Assembly: GCA_024704765.1 (NCBI GenBank)
Contig: JAKMXF010000334.1
Span: forward strand, 124,001 to 188,000
DNA from: Oopsacas minuta
Taxonomy: Eukaryota; Animalia; Porifera
Direction: 5' to 3'
Length of the DNA stretch: 64,000 nt
The notes below the pieces were generated by a model, which made no database searches, was not told the origin of the DNA, and saw nothing but the letters and a program-made list of their open reading frames with translations. The position numbers were made by a program, and so were the translations under genes. Below, piece after piece: positions 59,358 through 64,000 of the stretch (position 1 is its first letter; every line of letters begins with the position of its first letter).

Positions 59358-60345
59358 TAGTGATAGAATATTGTTTAACCTATAGGTTTAGTGCACAGCA
59401 ACTAATCCAGACAAATGGAATGTCAGTGTTGTACTCAGAGATGGATACATTATTCTGAATGGAAGACATGGAAGATTATTAATATTATTATTGACAGTTC
59501 AATGCTTGAAGCAATCACTGTCTAGTCCCATCATCTACTGTCTCTTATATTATATACGCTGGCTTGTTTTTAATATTTGTCACAGTTTGTTACTATTACA
59601 AACAAACACAATTCAAAATATGAACTGAGCAATAAATCTTTTTATTTTACAAATTGATCGCTACAAATGAAGCGTTTGATTTAGTATATTATTCAGCATT
59701 GCTGAGTTGCATTAATTCATGCACAAACAAAATATTGTATTCGTATTTTATGGGAATATTTAGCGTCCGATCCCTGAAGAAAATGTATCGGGATTCCAAG
59801 ATTGGAAACCCTAAGTACGACGTGTTTGCTTGTTCAGTAGGCCCTCGATTTTCCGGACAACTTGGATATTCGAACGGTAGAAAGAACATTAGTGTTAAAA
59901 GTTCACCTTTTAAATACAGTTAATATCGTGAATCCCACATGATTAATATTCATCTTCATGACATCAACTCTGACTGTAGTTGTAGAATTATGATTCTCTG
60001 GTAATACATACTTTCCCTCGGGTCATGAAGCGACCTAGAAACGAATCATACTACCATAAGTGTATATAGTAGAACTCGATAATACAGACAATAATAAACC
60101 GTAAATCCGGTTAGTGGACGTACACCGAACAAGGACACACTATTTGGTGAATGTACGAGGTTTTACTTATGCTGTAGCGTTATAATCACTTATTGTGAGA
60201 ACACAGGGTTACTGAAATACCACTAGTAAACTTTATTAATAAAGACATATATCCAGACAAATTTTCCACGAAACTTAACATACGAATAATTACACAATTA
60301 TGTCTTACAGATTACCTCAGTAAGCTAATTGCTAGCTCTCTTTCT

Positions 60346-61008
60346 ATGGCTACATCTAATTCCAACCAATCACACAGTAAAGTAGAGCAATCTCCTCCTA
60401 AGCTAACTCTAACTTATTTCCCTGTAAGAGGTATTGCAGAAGTAGCTAGAATGATTCTCAAACACAAAGATGTTGAGTTTATTGATGAGAGATTATCAGA
60501 GAAGGAATGGTCTGATACAAAGAACCTTTCTCCTTACGGTTACATGCCATACCTAACCTTAGAGTCTGGTATCAAGATAGGAGGTAGTATCCCAATCTAC
60601 AGCTATCTTGTAGCCAAATATGGTCTGGGTGGGAAGAATGACGTAGAAAATTGTGTATTAATGTCTGCAGTGGATTGTATGAAGGAAATATGGGCTAAAA
60701 TCCCGCCTTATTTCTTACAGAATGATCCTGTTAAAAAGGAAGAATTCAAAATATCGATTTTCGATATTTGTATAGCTAAATTGCCATATTTAGAAGCCAA
60801 AGTTATTAATGGACATATCGAGGGAGTTGTTGGAGATGGATTAGTTAACTATTCTGAATTCTGGATATTTCAGATTTTCGATCAAATGAAGCTCATCGAT
60901 CCAAATTTTGGAGAAGAATATCCTAAATTGAGAAGTATTGTCGAGAATGTAAGGTTATTGCCGAATATTCTTCAATGGTTAAAGGATAGGCCTGTTAGTG
61001 CGTTTTAG
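60346..61008 (+). CDS. Cytosolic glutathione S-transferase (sigma-like), intronless, 220 aa
   Basis: LTYFPVRGIAEVARMIL, EW, PYGYMPYL, YLVAKYGLGGK and C-terminal LPNILQWLKDRP. Confidence 0.92.
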   Translation: MATSNSNQSHSKVEQSPPKLTLTYFPVRGIAEVARMILKHKDVEFIDERLSEKEWSDTKNLSPYGYMPYLTLESGIKIGGSIPIYSYLVAKYGLGGKNDVENCVLMSAVDCMKEIWAKIPPYFLQNDPVKKEEFKISIFDICIAKLPYLEAKVINGHIEGVVGDGLVNYSEFWIFQIFDQMKLIDPNFGEEYPKLRSIVENVRLLPNILQWLKDRPVSAF

Positions 61009-62426
61009 TGCTATTCATATACTTTCTAATTGTATACATTTTCGTTATAGGAATATCTTTAGTTTATTCGTTAATATCAGATCAGTGAAGAGAGATTATA
61101 GTTATACCATATTTTATTCTATTACTATTATTTTTTACATTAAAATCCTATTTGTTGTTTATTCGAATTTATTTTGCAAGTTTCCAATTTTCTAAACATT
61201 TTTGCTTAGATTTATGGTGAGTGAGATTATGGGTGATTGTAACGAGAATTTATCGTTACGTATTTGTAATGCGTGTCAATGGGAATTGGGGATAGATATT
61301 TTATGGATTTGTCTATACTTCTAGCCCTGATTATCGTCCCAGTGTCTTTTCTTGGGGTATTGGGCAGAGATGGAACTCGTTGGTTACCTGTCGAAATTTT
61401 GACCGATTTTTGAAATTGACCAATACTTTGAGCTAATTATCTCTATTTTCCGCGACATTTCGCTATTCTTTTCACTTAAGTTGGCAATTGTTTTAGCATC
61501 ATTCAGAATATATAGAAATTGACCCAATGGGTGATAATAGGCCAAGGATGAGAACTTCTGCATATTTATACAAATATTATTGATAAGTATTATGCGAGTT
61601 GCTAATAACCAAACTCTACTGTATTTGATAAGCCATATACTCTCTTAATATTTGTTGTATTACTCCCAATGCATGCTCCTGTCCTATTAGACACCTGTCA
61701 ATGCTTATTTTGTAAATAATGCATCCTCCTGCAGATATAGTGACAGAGTCTTTCTCCACGCTAGAACTCTGTAAGATGGAGTCTGCTGAATACTCGGATA
61801 TATTCTCCTTGCTCAAGGGTGTACTAGTTAGTAATGCATTTATTATACATACAGTTAGCTTTGGTATTTATAGATGAATATTCTGATTTTGCTTTATCCG
61901 AATTCTTACCTCATCTGAGCTACGACCGTGATTAATTGGAAAACTATTTATATCTCGACAAGTTTTCCCCCACACATTTTACAATTTTTGGATATTCTAA
62001 ATTCCTAATTCAGTTAAAGCTTTTGATGATAGCAATAATTAAACTTTTGGGTCACAGGTTGATGAGGTCACTTGACCAGAAACAGAATCATTTAAATATT
62101 GTCATATTTGTTCCAGTATTCTGGTCAACACCTTATTTCCATTCAATCAGATTAAATGGCTAGTGATGGCCAATAGCTTACTTTAATATTATTACACATC
62201 TAACTAATACAACCTACAAATCTGTATGGTGCACGATGTATGTTTGTATATTCGAAATTGATTGAAAAACTGGCAGCCCCAGGGCTGATTATTGGAATAC
62301 ATATAAGGATATTGTGGCCTAGCCAGGGCTCCGAGTTTGTGCGAGAATCACACTTGTAACGAAATTATGACTTATTTGTTTTTTATTTCGAATTCTATTT
62401 TAATTCATTTACGAATTTGTTTGTAG

Positions 62427-64000
62427 GATAAAGGCAAACTTAAGCTAGAGCCTGACAGAGTCCTGTTCAAATATAGCAGGACAGGTAAGGTAGACAGTAT
62501 AGCTGCTAGTGAGATTAAGCAGTCTAACTGGATGAAGGTAGCTAAGGGCTATGAAGTGAAGTTTATGCTGGAGTCTGGAGATGTACACAAGTTTGATGGA
62601 TTTAACGAGTCTGTTAGTATTCTAATTTATGCGTGTTTTATGTGCCTCAGAGTTATTCAGGCAAATACGGCGCTCTGGCAGGCACATATAGTTCAGTAAA
62701 GTCTAATATTTCAGCTATTACATACAGTAGAACTCGGATAAGACGTACACCTTCGTGAAACGGAAATTTATACAATGGAACCCTCGTTAATACGAATACC
62801 AACGGACGGGTGTTCGCTTTATCCAGAATTCGTGTTAACCGGAGTAATACCAATTAAATAACTATTGTAAGGACCTGATTATGTGTTCGTCTTATCCGGA
62901 AATTCGTATTAACCATCTTCGTATTAACGTTGTTCTACTGTGCTTTATCCGAATAAGGATTGTATTAACTGATTAAGAACTGAATTTTGGGTTTAAAAGA
63001 AGTACTGCAGTACGTATTAATCGAGTCACACATTCGATTATTAACTAACATTTATTGCTGCACTTATCTGCATCTCTGTGAGTTTGAGAAATATCTCTTA
63101 AATATTAGAAAGGTTTATAGATTTTCACATTCCTCAAAACTTGACATATTTTAGTTCCTCAATCAACTTGGCCAAATACAAAATACATCGAGTTTGAGTT
63201 TTTAAGATTTATTAATTCACTCCCCAGGATTACCCGAACTTATCTGAGTTTATCAGACACAATTACAACTTAGATTTGGAAGAAGTACCTCTCAATGTGA
63301 AAGGATGGAACTGGGGAAAAGTTAATATCACAGGTTTGTAATAACTGAGGCTAATAATCGAATATATATATATATATATATACGTATAAAGAACTATTTG
63401 AACTTTTTAACCTGTCCCAGAATTATCTAAATATTTCAGCATTTAGAATTTGAGGGCGAAAAATCTCACAAAATCTTGAATTATTATCATACGTTTTGTT
63501 GAAGGTTTAATACTTAAGAACGAATGCTCTAATGTTCGTTCGTTATGCATACGATTATTATTATTCGTTTCAGTCCTAGATTTTACCTTTTTTCATGCTT
63601 ACTTTGGATTTATACAATGTCGATATATTTCGCCTATTTTGCTGTGTATTTTTCGATCAGAGAACAAACAAGTTTTGACTGTAATTCTAAGATTGAGACG
63701 AGTTAATTATTAGTAATTATGGTCGCCGATATATAGGTAATAGAAATCCAGTGGAGTTTGTTTATTTGCAACTTGGGATTCGGTTCTCAAACAGTTGCTA
63801 ATATAGAAATATTGCTATTAATTAAGCGAGTTGCAAATCAGGAAACCCTCTGTACAATAGTCAACTTCATGTAAATAGCTTTTTCACTATATTTCTTAGG
63901 ATCACTTCTTGATTTCTCTGTTGAAGATAAAACTGCATTTGAGATACCACTCAGTCAAGTTAACAAGAGTACTCACACTAAGAATGAAATTACTTTAGAG
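62427..64000 (+). CDS. SSRP1: FACT complex subunit SSRP1, partial; exons 62427-62612, 63228-63333, 63900-beyond edge; first coding exon not located
   Basis: GKLKL...FKYSRTGKVDSI...KFDGFNES, LNVKGWNWG, AFEIPLSQV...KNEITLE; phases consistent. Confidence 0.95.
62725..62940. mobile_element. MITE of the CAGTAGAAC-TIR family in SSRP1 intron
   Basis: TA|CAGTAGAACTCGGATAAGACG...CGTATTAACGTTGTTCTACTG. Confidence 0.7.

Overview
AT-rich, gene-dense eukaryotic (animal) genomic DNA. The shortest confirmed intron is 51 nt, and many genes are intronless. The expanded intronless NHL-repeat and SLC15-like families suggest a glass sponge (Hexactinellida, Oopsacas-like); this is inference from sequence style, not a database hit. 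Recognisable genes, left to right: PPIP5K (minus strand, 16 phase-consistent exons, runs off the left edge), TMEM175, a decayed DD34D mariner, an inverted pair of SLC15-like transporters enclosing a TRAF-zinc-finger fragment, AHSA1, RPS3A, and a roughly 15 kb multi-exon PX-SH3-SH3-SH2 scaffold gene that appears to carry an intronless NHL gene on the same strand inside one intron. These are followed by a WD40 gene, three more NHL genes (two forming an inverted pair whose 14 amino-acid differences all fall in the propeller), an intronless SYCP2, CCNK, a sigma-like GST and the 5' part of SSRP1. MITEs are scattered through introns and spacers. Most interesting signals: (1) same-strand nesting, strong + strand bias and YAG acceptors just before most start codons, together pointing to spliced-leader/polycistronic processing; (2) the PX-SH3-SH3-SH2 architecture; (3) palindromic gene pairs diverging almost only at amino-acid level; (4) TMEM175 and SLC15 homologues with key functional residues replaced. 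All alignments and splice calls were made by eye.
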